This document shows positions 1 through 8,533 of a DNA stretch of 64,000 bases, piece after piece. This DNA comes from Oscillospiraceae bacterium (GTDB lineage Bacteria > Bacillota > Clostridia > Oscillospirales > QAMX01), in contig SVLY01000001.1 of assembly GCA_015067715.1 (NCBI GenBank), positions 15,071 to 79,070 of the forward strand. Direction: 5' to 3'. Below the pieces are notes generated by a model that searched no databases, was not told where the DNA came from, and saw only the letters and a list, made by a program, of their open reading frames with translations. The position numbers were made by a program, and so were the translations under genes. Within the stretch, counting starts at the first letter, position 1. The number at the start of each line of letters is the position of its first letter.

Positions 1-96
1 AGTTTGAGGTGATGTTGGCTCCATATATTAATTATAGCTTTTTTACAAAACGTGTCAAGGGGTGGGGGAAAAAGATTTTGGAAAGCTTTTCGGTCG

Positions 97-133
97 AAAA
101 AAGCAGAATCCCCCGGGGTTTGAGAGATCCTGC
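97..133 (-). terminator. Candidate Rho-independent terminator downstream of the SNF transporter gene
   Basis: On the minus strand, hairpin gcaggatc...gattctgc (8 bp, one G-U pair) is followed by T6. It lies just 3' of the stop at 156. Confidence 0.5.
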
Positions 134-155
134 TTTCAAAATTGGCAAAAACGCT

Positions 156-1523
156 TTATTTAAAGAAATTGTACACGCCCAGAACAAAAAGTACGAGGAT
201 TATGCAGGGCAGAACGTAGGTCACGTAGCCCCTCATCCACCTCTTTACCTTCAGTCCCTTGCCGGTGTTTGCCTCGGAGACGAAGCTGTCCCAGCCCCAG
301 CCGCGCTTTGAAACAGAGAACAGCACAAAACACAGTGAGCCAAGGGGCAAGAGCACGTTGTTTACAGCGAAATCTTCAATATCCATAATGGTGGAGGTAC
401 CGCCGAAGGGGTGGAAGTCTGAGAAGACGTTGAAGCCCAGCACGCAGGGCAGGGAGAGCACTAAAATGAGCGCAAGGCAGATAAGACAGGTCTTTTTTCT
501 GCCCCAGCCGGTAATGTCCATGGTGCAGGCGATAATGTTTTCAAGCACCGCAAAGACCGTGGAGAGAGCGGCAAAGCTCATAAACACGAAGAAAAGGCTT
601 CCCCAGAGACGGCCAAGGGGCATATTGTTGAAAACGTTGGGAAGGGTCTTGAAGATAAGGTCCGGACCGCTGTCCACGGCTACGCTGTAGGCAGAACAGG
701 CCGGGAAAATGATAAGCCCGGAGCATATCGCAACGAAGGTGTCCAGCACGGCAACGTTTACCGCCTCGCCCATAAGGGCTCTGTCCCGGCCGATATAGCT
801 TCCGAAGATAGCCATAGAGCCAATGCCAAGGCTTAAGGTGAAGAAGGCCTGGTTCATGGCCGCAACGACGACCTTCACAGGCCCGGCTTTAACGAAATTA
901 CCTATACTGGGCTTGAGATAGAAGGAGAGCCCCTCTTTTCCGCCGGGGAGAAACAGGCTTCTCACGGCAAGGACGACCATAAGCCCCAAAAGGGCGACCA
1001 TCATCCATTTTGTGATGCGCTCAAGACCCTTCTGAACCCCGAAGGAGCAGACCGCAAAGCCGATAATGATGACAAGGGCGGTGTAGCCCATGAGCACCCA
1101 GGGTGATGAGAGCATATTGCTGTAGACGTCGGCTATGCCGGACGTGTCAAGTCCATCAAAAACGCCCCGGGCGGTGAGAACGAAATATTGCACCATCCAG
1201 CCTGCGACGGTGGTGTAGAACATCATGAGAATGGTATTGCCCGCAAGGGCGGCGTAACCGTGGAGGTGCCATTTTGTGCCCCGGGGCTCAAGCGCCTGAT
1301 AGAGCGCCGCCGGGCTCTTTTGACTTGCACGGCCAAGGGAAAATTCCATGGTCATAACGGGAATGCCAAGAATGGCCAGGAAGAAGAGGTAGATCAGCAC
1401 AAAGATCGCGCCGCCGTTCTGTCCCGTTACGCTGGGGAATTTCCAAACGTTTCCAATACCTATGGCACAGCCCGCGCTTAGCAGAATGAAGCCAAGCCTG
1501 CTTCCCAGTTTTTCTCTCTGCAT
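156..1523 (-). CDS. Sodium-dependent transporter, SNF (neurotransmitter:sodium symporter) family
   Basis: 455-aa multi-TM ORF. The N-terminus (GFILLSAGCAIGIGNVWKFP ... MEFSLGR) is typical of the NSS/SNF family. Confidence 0.9.
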   Translation of the reverse strand: MQREKLGSRLGFILLSAGCAIGIGNVWKFPSVTGQNGGAIFVLIYLFFLAILGIPVMTMEFSLGRASQKSPAALYQALEPRGTKWHLHGYAALAGNTILMMFYTTVAGWMVQYFVLTARGVFDGLDTSGIADVYSNMLSSPWVLMGYTALVIIIGFAVCSFGVQKGLERITKWMMVALLGLMVVLAVRSLFLPGGKEGLSFYLKPSIGNFVKAGPVKVVVAAMNQAFFTLSLGIGSMAIFGSYIGRDRALMGEAVNVAVLDTFVAICSGLIIFPACSAYSVAVDSGPDLIFKTLPNVFNNMPLGRLWGSLFFVFMSFAALSTVFAVLENIIACTMDITGWGRKKTCLICLALILVLSLPCVLGFNVFSDFHPFGGTSTIMDIEDFAVNNVLLPLGSLCFVLFSVSKRGWGWDSFVSEANTGKGLKVKRWMRGYVTYVLPCIILVLFVLGVYNFFK

Positions 1524-1629
1524 TGTCTGTTATTTCCTCCCGGAAAATTTAGCGTCCGTAATATTATAGGTGTGAAGACCGGTTTTGTCAATGGGCGAGG
1601 GAGAGATCCCCCTTGTTTTGAGGGAAATA

Positions 1630-2202
1630 ATGTGCTATACTTTTGATGATATCCCGGAAAACAGAGGGGAGACGGCGGTTTTGAACACGAAAAACAACAA
1701 AAGGAAAAGAGAGAGCGTTCGCCTTCTGGAGCAGGCTTTTTTTGCCCGGATGAAGGAGACCGACATAAACCACATCACCGTTGCGGAGCTCTGCCGGGAT
1801 GCGGGGCTGAACCGGGCAACCTTTTACGCCAATTTTCTGGATATTTACGACCTTGCGGACAAAATACTAAATAAGCTTGAGGAAGAGGTGAGCGCCCTTT
1901 ACCCCGAGCCCGCGCCCATTAAAAGCGGAGGCTTTCTGCCCCTGTTTTACCACATAAGGGACAACCGGGAGCTCTATCTTGTCTATTTTAAGCTGGGAGC
2001 GGACAGAGGCCACGTTGCCGACTTTTACAGCGTTGAGCAGGCATCCTTTGTTACAGAGCAAAACCTGCCATATCATATGGCTTTTTTCAAAAACGGTCTC
2101 AACGCCGTTATAAAAATGTGGCTGGAAAACGGCTGTGCCGAAAGCCCGGAGGAGATCGAGGGCGTTATCGAACGGGAATATCTTGGCCGGCTTGAAAAAT
2201 AA
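1630..2202 (+). CDS. TetR/AcrR family transcriptional regulator
   Basis: HTH segment ITVAELCRDAGLNRATFYANF. The ORF opens at 1585 (TTG). I prefer the ATG at 1630 because it is preceded by GAGGG. It is divergent from the SNF gene. Confidence 0.8.
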   Translation: MCYTFDDIPENRGETAVLNTKNNKRKRESVRLLEQAFFARMKETDINHITVAELCRDAGLNRATFYANFLDIYDLADKILNKLEEEVSALYPEPAPIKSGGFLPLFYHIRDNRELYLVYFKLGADRGHVADFYSVEQASFVTEQNLPYHMAFFKNGLNAVIKMWLENGCAESPEEIEGVIEREYLGRLEK

Positions 2203-2206
2203 CGCC

Positions 2207-2240
2207 AAAAAAGCGCCCCGATACTCCGGGACGCCTTTTT
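2207..2240. terminator. Candidate bidirectional terminator between convergent genes
   Basis: A6-gcgccccg-atact-ccgggacgc-T5: a GC-rich stem with one mismatch, flanked by an A-run and a T-run. Confidence 0.5.
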
Positions 2241-2274
2241 GGAAGTTTACGTGACGCATTTTGTGAAAGGACGG

Positions 2275-2562
2275 TCAGCCAATAGCAGAGAAAATACCTG
2301 CGATAATAATAATAAAGCCTGCAACGATGCACACCGCGCTGAGGCAGATGCCAACGATGCCGCAGATCTTTGCCACCTTTTTAAAGGGCTGGGCTTTGGT
2401 CATGAGCATACCAACGATGATGAGCATGATGGCAAGAAAGCCCGGGAAGCCTCCGCAAAGTCCCATCCAGCTAAGCACCATTCCCACGATGGTCATTGCC
2501 ATGCCAACGATATTCTTTCCCTTTGAGCCCTCGGCGGCAACGGTCATGTTTTCGTTTTCCAT
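2275..2562 (-). CDS. Small integral membrane protein (hypothetical)
   Basis: Three hydrophobic segments. The ATG at 2562 is preceded by AGGAGG with an 8-nt spacer. The longer ORF to 2628 would start at TTG. Confidence 0.6.
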   Translation of the reverse strand: MENENMTVAAEGSKGKNIVGMAMTIVGMVLSWMGLCGGFPGFLAIMLIIVGMLMTKAQPFKKVAKICGIVGICLSAVCIVAGFIIIIAGIFSAIG

Positions 2563-2742
2563 TGAATTATCCTCCTTTTTGCTTTGATCCTGCCCTTTTA
2601 TTATAATATCTTTCTTCCGGAGTTTCAATCAACAGATAATCGACATATGTTGGGTTAATGGCCTTTTTGCCCCGCGCTATTGAAAAGCCGGGGGCAAAGG
2701 GGTATAATATACGAAGTTTTTATCCAGGAGAGTTAGCTTCCC

Positions 2743-3657
2743 ATGTTCGACAAAGCAAGACGTTCCGTCTTTCCCATACTTGCGGCCCTTATCTGGGGCG
2801 TTGCCTTTGTGGCGCAAAAAAACAACACCGCCGGAGCGCTTACCTTTAATATGTCCCGTTCGGTGGTGGCGTTTCTGTTTTTGCTCCCGGTGATAGCGCT
2901 GTTCACCAGGGGGGATGTCCGCCATATCCTCAGCGAAAACACCCGCCGGGACACCGCAATGCTCTGGATAGGGGGAGTTTCCTGCGGAACGGCGCTGTCC
3001 GTTGCGACCTATCTTCAGCAGCTCGGGCTGGACAGCGGCACCGAGGCCGGAAAGGCCAGCTTTCTGACGGCGATGTACATCGTTCTGGTTCCGGTGTTCG
3101 GGCTTTTTCTGAAAAAGAAGGTGCCCTTCAACGTGTGGATAAGCGTTTGCATAAGCGTTGGGGGACTTTATCTGCTCTGCGTTAAAAACGGCTTCTCCGT
3201 TCGCCCCTCGGATATGCTCATCGCCGCCTGCTCCGTGGTTTTTGCGGTGCATATTCTGGTCATAGACCATTTTTCTGCCCGGTGCAACGGGATCAAGCTC
3301 TCGTGCATTCAGTTTCTCACCTGTGCCGTGCTTTCGGGCATCGGCGCGTTCATCTTTGAAGAGCCGGAGTTTTCAGCCATAACCCAGAATCTCGGTGCGG
3401 TGCTCTATCTTGGCATCGGCTCTTCCGGCATTGCCTACACCCTTCAGATAATCGCCCAGAAAAATGCAAACCCCACGGTGCTCACCATTCTGCTTTCCAT
3501 GGAAAGCGTTTTCGGAGTTATCGCCGGAGCCATCCACCTTCACGAGGTGCTCCTCCCCCGGGAATATATCGGCTGTGCCCTCGTGCTCTGCGCGGTGATA
3601 TTGGCTCAGCTCCCCCTTGAAAAATGGATCAGAAAAAACCGCAGAGTTAAAAGCTGA
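2743..3657 (+). CDS. EamA/DMT superfamily transporter
   Basis: 304 aa, about 10 TM segments and a duplicated EamA-like architecture (WGVAFVAQK ... GIAYTLQIIAQK). Confidence 0.85.
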   Translation: MFDKARRSVFPILAALIWGVAFVAQKNNTAGALTFNMSRSVVAFLFLLPVIALFTRGDVRHILSENTRRDTAMLWIGGVSCGTALSVATYLQQLGLDSGTEAGKASFLTAMYIVLVPVFGLFLKKKVPFNVWISVCISVGGLYLLCVKNGFSVRPSDMLIAACSVVFAVHILVIDHFSARCNGIKLSCIQFLTCAVLSGIGAFIFEEPEFSAITQNLGAVLYLGIGSSGIAYTLQIIAQKNANPTVLTILLSMESVFGVIAGAIHLHEVLLPREYIGCALVLCAVILAQLPLEKWIRKNRRVKS

Positions 3658-3698
3658 TAACAAAAACTCCCCCTTCGGCGGGTGCTCGTAAGACAGTT

Positions 3699-3735
3699 AA
3701 ACCTCCCTATGAGATTTCTCACAGGGAGGTTTTTG
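3699..3735. terminator. Bidirectional Rho-independent terminator
   Basis: cctccct-a-tgaga / tctca-c-agggagg stem with an A-run upstream and T5 downstream. It sits between the convergent EamA and DUF559 genes. Confidence 0.75.
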
Positions 3736-3736
3736 C

Positions 3737-4156
3737 TTATTGTTTTGATATAGTGGCATCTAAGGCTCCCTCTGACGAGGGAGCTGTCAGCGAAGCTGAC
3801 TGAGGGAGAGAAGTTTGCACCAAACGATCAACATACTCACATACGCCGCAGAAATTTCGGTCAATATCTAAATTACAAATCCTTACTACCGTTAGATTCA
3901 TAGCATTCAAATCATTGGTCCGCTGTTCATCTTTTCTTGCCTGCTCCAACGTATAGTGCCCTCCACCATCAAGTTCAAGGATCAACCTCGCCTTGGCACA
4001 ATAAAAGTCTGCGATATAGTTTCCAATCGCTTTTTGTCTTTGAAAACGCACCGGATAGTTGCGTAAAAAATCATACCACAATTTCCGTTCCCAAGGGGTC
4101 ATATTTTTCCGCAACACCTTAGCCAAATGGATATTCTCTTTGTTATAATCTTTCAT
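3737..4156 (-). CDS. DUF559 (very-short-patch-repair-like endonuclease) domain protein
   Basis: Motifs LRKNMTPWERKLWYDFLRN, FQRQKAIGNYIADFYC and LELDGGGH. The ATG at 4156 follows GGAGGG. The last ~20 codons are read from a dispersed repeat element. The gene is visibly lower in GC than its surroundings. Confidence 0.8.
   Translation of the reverse strand: MKDYNKENIHLAKVLRKNMTPWERKLWYDFLRNYPVRFQRQKAIGNYIADFYCAKARLILELDGGGHYTLEQARKDEQRTNDLNAMNLTVVRICNLDIDRNFCGVCEYVDRLVQTSLPQSASLTAPSSEGALDATISKQ
3762..3808 (+). repeat. REP-like structured element, type A (aaggctcc..gggagctgtcagcgaagctgactgagggag)
   Basis: The same core recurs at 50812-50857 and 52500-52545. It contains the hairpin GTCAGC-gaa-GCTGAC nested inside CTCCCTC...GAGGGAG. 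Confidence 0.8.
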
Positions 4157-4349
4157 TTTCTCTCCCTCCGTCAAAAATCAAAGATTTTTGACACCTCCCT
4201 CATCAGAGGGAGGCTTTGGTGCGGTGCAAAACCGCATATAAACTACACCCAAAGCCGTAGGGCGGGGGCTTGCTCCCGCCGAAGCGTTTGGGGAGGATAT
4301 GGAATCCTCACCTACGGGCAGAAAGGTAAGCCGCACACCTCATCCGCCC

Positions 4350-5096
4350 CTACTGCCTGCTGCTCGCTATCTCCCTGTGAGTGTGTTTGAACCAGGTCAT
4401 GGAAGAGAGAAGGCTGAGAGCGGAGAAGAAGTTAAAGGTGAGAAAATAAAACGAAACGCTGAGCCCCATCCAGAAATAGGGAGGGCTTTTGCGGGGCTTG
4501 TACTTTCCGGTGCGGGCAAAGCGGTAAAGCCGGCGGTGGTAGGCTCCGCAGGCCAGCCAACCGGCAGAGCAGAGGAGCATGACAATACCGGCGAGAAGTA
4601 TAAAGAACAGGATGAACGGGACCCCCGGAGTCTCATCAAGATTGACAGACAGGAACGAATAAGCAGACAAACAGATGAATATCAGGGAATAGACCAAAAG
4701 CCCGGCTCCGCGGACCTTTGCCATCAAAGCAGCCCGTTTTATATGCCGGAAAATGGGGGTGGGGCTGTTTTGAAGCTTGCTGTGGGCAGAATGAGATACG
4801 ATGCAGAGTGTGAGGATTAAAATTCCCGCCAGCAGATTTATCACCAGGATAGCTGCTATGTAGTGCAGAAATCCCAAAAACATCAGCAAAGCCCAACCCA
4901 GGGTGCCGATCATGATAAGGGCCATGATCAGTATCTGGTAGATAAGCATGCGAAATCCGCTGATAAAGGAGAGAAGGGAGAGCGCAGAGGCTTTTTTCCC
5001 CTGAGTGGAGGAAAAACAGCGCTGTACAAGTCTGAAATCGGGGACTGAGATCTCGGAGGCCCGTTTGATTTCGTCCGGAATGCGGTATTCGTTCAT
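4350..5096 (-). CDS. Hypothetical integral membrane protein
   Basis: 248 aa with about 6 hydrophobic helices. It is the last gene of a same-strand YitT-HD-membrane run. I recognised no family motif. Confidence 0.6.
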   Translation of the reverse strand: MNEYRIPDEIKRASEISVPDFRLVQRCFSSTQGKKASALSLLSFISGFRMLIYQILIMALIMIGTLGWALLMFLGFLHYIAAILVINLLAGILILTLCIVSHSAHSKLQNSPTPIFRHIKRAALMAKVRGAGLLVYSLIFICLSAYSFLSVNLDETPGVPFILFFILLAGIVMLLCSAGWLACGAYHRRLYRFARTGKYKPRKSPPYFWMGLSVSFYFLTFNFFSALSLLSSMTWFKHTHREIASSRQ

Positions 5097-5129
5097 CTGT
5101 GCAGCACCTCTTTGTTGATGGATGTTTTT

Positions 5130-5789
5130 TTACATGAGCTGCTGGTCGTTAATGGTAAGTCTGAACTGAAGGCCAAGTCTTTGGGCGGCCTTGCGGCACA
5201 TTATCATTCGCTTTAAGAATATCTCGAAGTAGTTCATCACCGAGCTCAGCTCCGTGTCGATGACAAGCGCCAGAGTGATGGTCTTTTCCGGGGCGTTTAT
5301 GTCCAGCTTTGAGCTTGTGACGGAGTAGTTCACCCGGTCGTGAATGTCAAAGGTGGAAGGGTCCTGGTTTCTTACGCGGCTGCGGCGGACGTCGGACTTG
5401 TCCGCCAGGATCAGTGCGGCGGATATGGCGTTCACAGGGTCGCCGGTGCCCTCGTCGTGGTTGCCGATGGCGGTGGTGACGGCGGCGATCTCCGCAGGGG
5501 GCATACCCATGTTGTCCAAAATGCGGAAGGCAAGCAGAGCTCCGCTCTGGCTGTGGTCGGTGCGGTTCACAAGGTTTCCGATATCGTGGAGAAAGCCTGC
5601 GATCTTCGTGAGCTCAACGGTGCGTTCGTCAAAGCCCAGCTTTTCAAGAATGTCTCCCGCCATCTCCGCAACGTGGGCCACGTGGGCAACGCTGTGGTCG
5701 GTAAAGCCCAGCGCCGCAAGTGAATCGTTTGCGGCGGAGATATAGGTGCGTATGGTGGGATCGTTTTTAATCTCTTTATAGGTTATCAT
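5130..5789 (-). CDS. HD-domain phosphohydrolase
   Basis: Motifs HSVAHVAHVA ... FLHDIGN ... GNHD, the His/Asp metal ligands of the HD superfamily. Confidence 0.85.
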   Translation of the reverse strand: MITYKEIKNDPTIRTYISAANDSLAALGFTDHSVAHVAHVAEMAGDILEKLGFDERTVELTKIAGFLHDIGNLVNRTDHSQSGALLAFRILDNMGMPPAEIAAVTTAIGNHDEGTGDPVNAISAALILADKSDVRRSRVRNQDPSTFDIHDRVNYSVTSSKLDINAPEKTITLALVIDTELSSVMNYFEIFLKRMIMCRKAAQRLGLQFRLTINDQQLM

Positions 5790-5816
5790 GTTGTTCCTTT
5801 CGGTGGAGAATATGTG

Positions 5817-6482
5817 TTAAGCGTTTTTTGTTTTTACGGGCCTCTGCAAAAGCCCCACTATCTGTCCGGATATCACAACGGTTGCAACGGACCATAGGAT
5901 TTTGCCAGGGGGAATGTAGATGAGGGAAAGGGCCAGCACGGAAACGTCCGTGAAAAGATAGATCCACTGTATTTTTATCTTCAGAAGCTGTGAGAGGCTC
6001 ATGGCCAGCGCATCGTCCCCACAGGGGGCGCCTCCCGCCCGGACGCAAAGCCCGGCGCCCACACCCACGAACACCGCGCCAAGCAGAGTTGCCACAAGGG
6101 GCATCTCAGAAAGACCCGGCCAAAGGGGCGGCCACAGCTCGAAAATACGGTAGCCAAGGGAAAAACCGCCGGCGGCAACGGCAGAATAGACGAGAAACTC
6201 CCTGCCCAGAACCTTCCACCCCAGAAGGTAACAGGCGAGGTTCAGCACCAGTCCGGACACAGCCGGAGAAAGCCCCAGCAGGTTTTTGAAAAACAGGGTC
6301 AGCCCCAAAACGCCGCCCTCGGTAACGCCGGAGACCGAATGGACGTTGTAGAGCCCAAAGGCGAGAAAAACGCTGGCGCAAAGTGCAAGAATGCATCTTC
6401 CGGGGCTTATTCCCCGGAACAGCTTTGCCGTCCATTTTGCCACGTTTGATACATCCCCTTTCAACAGAGTAATTATACCCAT
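5817..6482 (-). CDS. YitT-family (DUF161) membrane protein
   Basis: Multi-TM protein with YitT-like GLYNVHSVSGVTEGGVLGLTL. The ATG at 6482 follows GGGGAG. The ORF opens at 6515. Confidence 0.75.
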   Translation of the reverse strand: MGIITLLKGDVSNVAKWTAKLFRGISPGRCILALCASVFLAFGLYNVHSVSGVTEGGVLGLTLFFKNLLGLSPAVSGLVLNLACYLLGWKVLGREFLVYSAVAAGGFSLGYRIFELWPPLWPGLSEMPLVATLLGAVFVGVGAGLCVRAGGAPCGDDALAMSLSQLLKIKIQWIYLFTDVSVLALSLIYIPPGKILWSVATVVISGQIVGLLQRPVKTKNA

Positions 6483-6588
6483 TTTCTCCCCGTTTTGCAA
6501 TAGGTGTTCCCGCACTTGCGTTTGAGAAAAAATGGTGGTATAATTTATATCGCAAAATCTGTTTATATCAAAGGGGTGTTACGCGAAA

Positions 6589-7944
6589 ATGACGTGTGCA
6601 AACTGGAAACTTGAAGGTCTTCCCGCGTATGTGGGAGGCGAGATAAACGAAAGGCTCATCCTTCTGGGCGGAGGCCTTGTGGAGGGCTTCGATAAGGCTC
6701 CCGAGGACGAGAGCATGATGCAGGTCATCGACCGCACCTCCGAGCTGGACTTCCTGGCCTATTGCGAGACTCTCAAGGCCGAGGGCTTTGAGCCCGGTTT
6801 TTCCAACGACGAGCCCTTTGGCCTTTTCCGTGAGTTCACGGGCAAGGGAATGCTCGTCTATACCTATTTTATGAAGCGCGCCGGTCAGACCCGTGTTATC
6901 ATCGACCGCTCCAGCTGTTCCTATGCCGAGTTCATGGGTGAGGACGATGCTCCCCAGACCCGTGAGGACACCGAGCTTATGCAGTACGGCCTCTACTATG
7001 CCGACCCCATCAAGGGCATCGCCTCCACCTGCGGAATGCTCTACGTTATCCGCACGAGAAACAACAAGCTCTTCCTTGTGGACGGCGGCGAGGGCGCCCA
7101 GTGCACCAACGAGAGCTTCAACGAGCTTATCCGTCTTCTCCGTGAGATGACCGGCACCTCCGAGGGCGAGCAGATGGTCATAAACTGCTGGTTCTCCACC
7201 CATTCCCACAACGACCACATGGACTATTTCATCAACTTCGTGAGAAAGTACCACGATATCGTCAAGGTGGAGCGCATTCTCTTTAACTTCACCCGTCCCG
7301 AAAACGCCGGAATGCCTCCCGAGATGCTGGAGCTCTACGTCCACAAATACCTCAACGGCGCCATGGCCGAGCTCCGCAAGTACTGCCCCGATGCAAAGTA
7401 CATGAAGGCCCACACCGGCCAGAAGTTCGAGCTTGGCGGCCTTACCGCCCAGGTCATTCAGACCCACGAGGACCTTGCCTGGGACAATGAGGACGGCAGA
7501 TACATTGCCGGAACCAACACCACCTCCACCCTTCTCAAGCTCAGCTTCGAGGACAAGAGCCTGATGATCCTGGGCGACTGCGAAGAGGACAACGGCCGGA
7601 TCCTCCGCAAGTTCTACCTGCCCGAGGAGGTCTCCTGCTTCTACCTCCAGGCGGCTCACCATCTTGCAAACAAGATCGAAAATATCTATTCCTATATTTC
7701 TGCGGACACCGTTCTTATCCCCCAGGGACGTATGCGTATCCACCGCATCCGCAGAGAACACTATGGCATACTCTGCGCCAACTACGACCGGGATAAGTTC
7801 CACCTTGAGGGGGACTATACCATTCACTTCCGTGTCAAAGAGGGTCAGGAGCACGAGATAACCTACTATCCCGTTGCAGGCGGCCCCTTCAATCCCAAGC
7901 AGGATATCGGAAACCTCTGGCTCGTCCGCCACGAATTTGAATAA
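6589..7944 (+). CDS. MBL-fold metallo-hydrolase with an N-terminal extension
   Basis: HxHxDH motif (THSHNDHMDY) preceded by LFLVDGGEG. The 489-aa antisense ORF is a shadow ORF. Confidence 0.65.
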   Translation: MTCANWKLEGLPAYVGGEINERLILLGGGLVEGFDKAPEDESMMQVIDRTSELDFLAYCETLKAEGFEPGFSNDEPFGLFREFTGKGMLVYTYFMKRAGQTRVIIDRSSCSYAEFMGEDDAPQTREDTELMQYGLYYADPIKGIASTCGMLYVIRTRNNKLFLVDGGEGAQCTNESFNELIRLLREMTGTSEGEQMVINCWFSTHSHNDHMDYFINFVRKYHDIVKVERILFNFTRPENAGMPPEMLELYVHKYLNGAMAELRKYCPDAKYMKAHTGQKFELGGLTAQVIQTHEDLAWDNEDGRYIAGTNTTSTLLKLSFEDKSLMILGDCEEDNGRILRKFYLPEEVSCFYLQAAHHLANKIENIYSYISADTVLIPQGRMRIHRIRREHYGILCANYDRDKFHLEGDYTIHFRVKEGQEHEITYYPVAGGPFNPKQDIGNLWLVRHEFE

Positions 7945-7963
7945 GCTCTTTCGGGGAAAACAC

Positions 7964-8006
7964 AAAAAATCAGATGCACTCAGGACTTTGGGTGCATCTG
8001 ATTTTT
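7964..8006. terminator. Bidirectional Rho-independent terminator
   Basis: A6-atcagatgcac ... gtgcatctgat-T5: an 11-bp perfect stem between the convergent MBL and BlaI genes. Confidence 0.8.
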
Positions 8007-8008
8007 GT

Positions 8009-8389
8009 TTACTTGATTTCGGACTCGCAGCTGTCAAGTATTTCGCGGAGTTTGGGAATCTCTTCCTTGGGAATGGCTCCGCTTTTGGCCATTGCGGCCA
8101 GCATGTCGCTCACACTGCCGTCGTAAACGCGCTCTATCATGTCGGCAGTTTCTTTCTGAGCGATGGGTTCTCTGGGGATGAGGGGCTCGTAGTAGTGAAG
8201 ATTTCGGGTTCCTGAAATGCGGACCTTGCCTTTTTTCTCAAGGCGCTGAAGCATGACGATAACGGCAGCCTTTGTCCAGGTTGTGTCCTTATCCGTCTCA
8301 GCGAGGATCTCGGGCATAGTGATGGGATTCTTTGCCCACAGAACCTTCATAAGTCTCCATTCGGCGGGTGACAAGTGATATTTTTCCAT
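8009..8389 (-). CDS. BlaI/MecI/CopY family transcriptional repressor (no cognate sensor adjacent)
   Basis: 126 aa. The N-terminus (LSPAEWRLMKVLW ... TMPEILAE ... WTKAAVIVMLQRLEKKG) is a penicillinase-repressor-type winged helix. Confidence 0.85.
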   Translation of the reverse strand: MEKYHLSPAEWRLMKVLWAKNPITMPEILAETDKDTTWTKAAVIVMLQRLEKKGKVRISGTRNLHYYEPLIPREPIAQKETADMIERVYDGSVSDMLAAMAKSGAIPKEEIPKLREILDSCESEIK

Positions 8390-8533
8390 CGGTTTTCCCT
8401 CCAGAAGAAAAGTGTAATGCGCGCGTTAGCTCCTTTTAACCAGTATAACACAACGGAAAAAACTTTGTCAACACTTATTTTTTAATTTATGAAAAAAACA
8501 ATGATTATTTAACGGATTTTGCGGATTCTGCCG

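Noticed and set aside
4299-4820. The 173-aa plus-strand ORF overlapping the membrane-protein gene.
   Set aside because: The opposite-strand ORF (4350-5096) has clear TM helices and fits the operon. The plus-strand product is a charged, low-complexity sequence beginning inside repeat DNA.
6568-8037. Very long antisense ORFs opposite real genes: 6568-8037, 12319-13395, 13507-14763, 22338-23402, 33803-35446, 40731-42383, 42441-43445, 52869-54230 and 59768-61453.
   Set aside because: Each lies opposite an ORF with clear family motifs. Their translations are low-complexity Gly/Ala/Val/Asp-rich strings, typical of stop-codon-poor frames in GC-rich DNA. None has a plausible ribosome-binding site or recognisable motifs.
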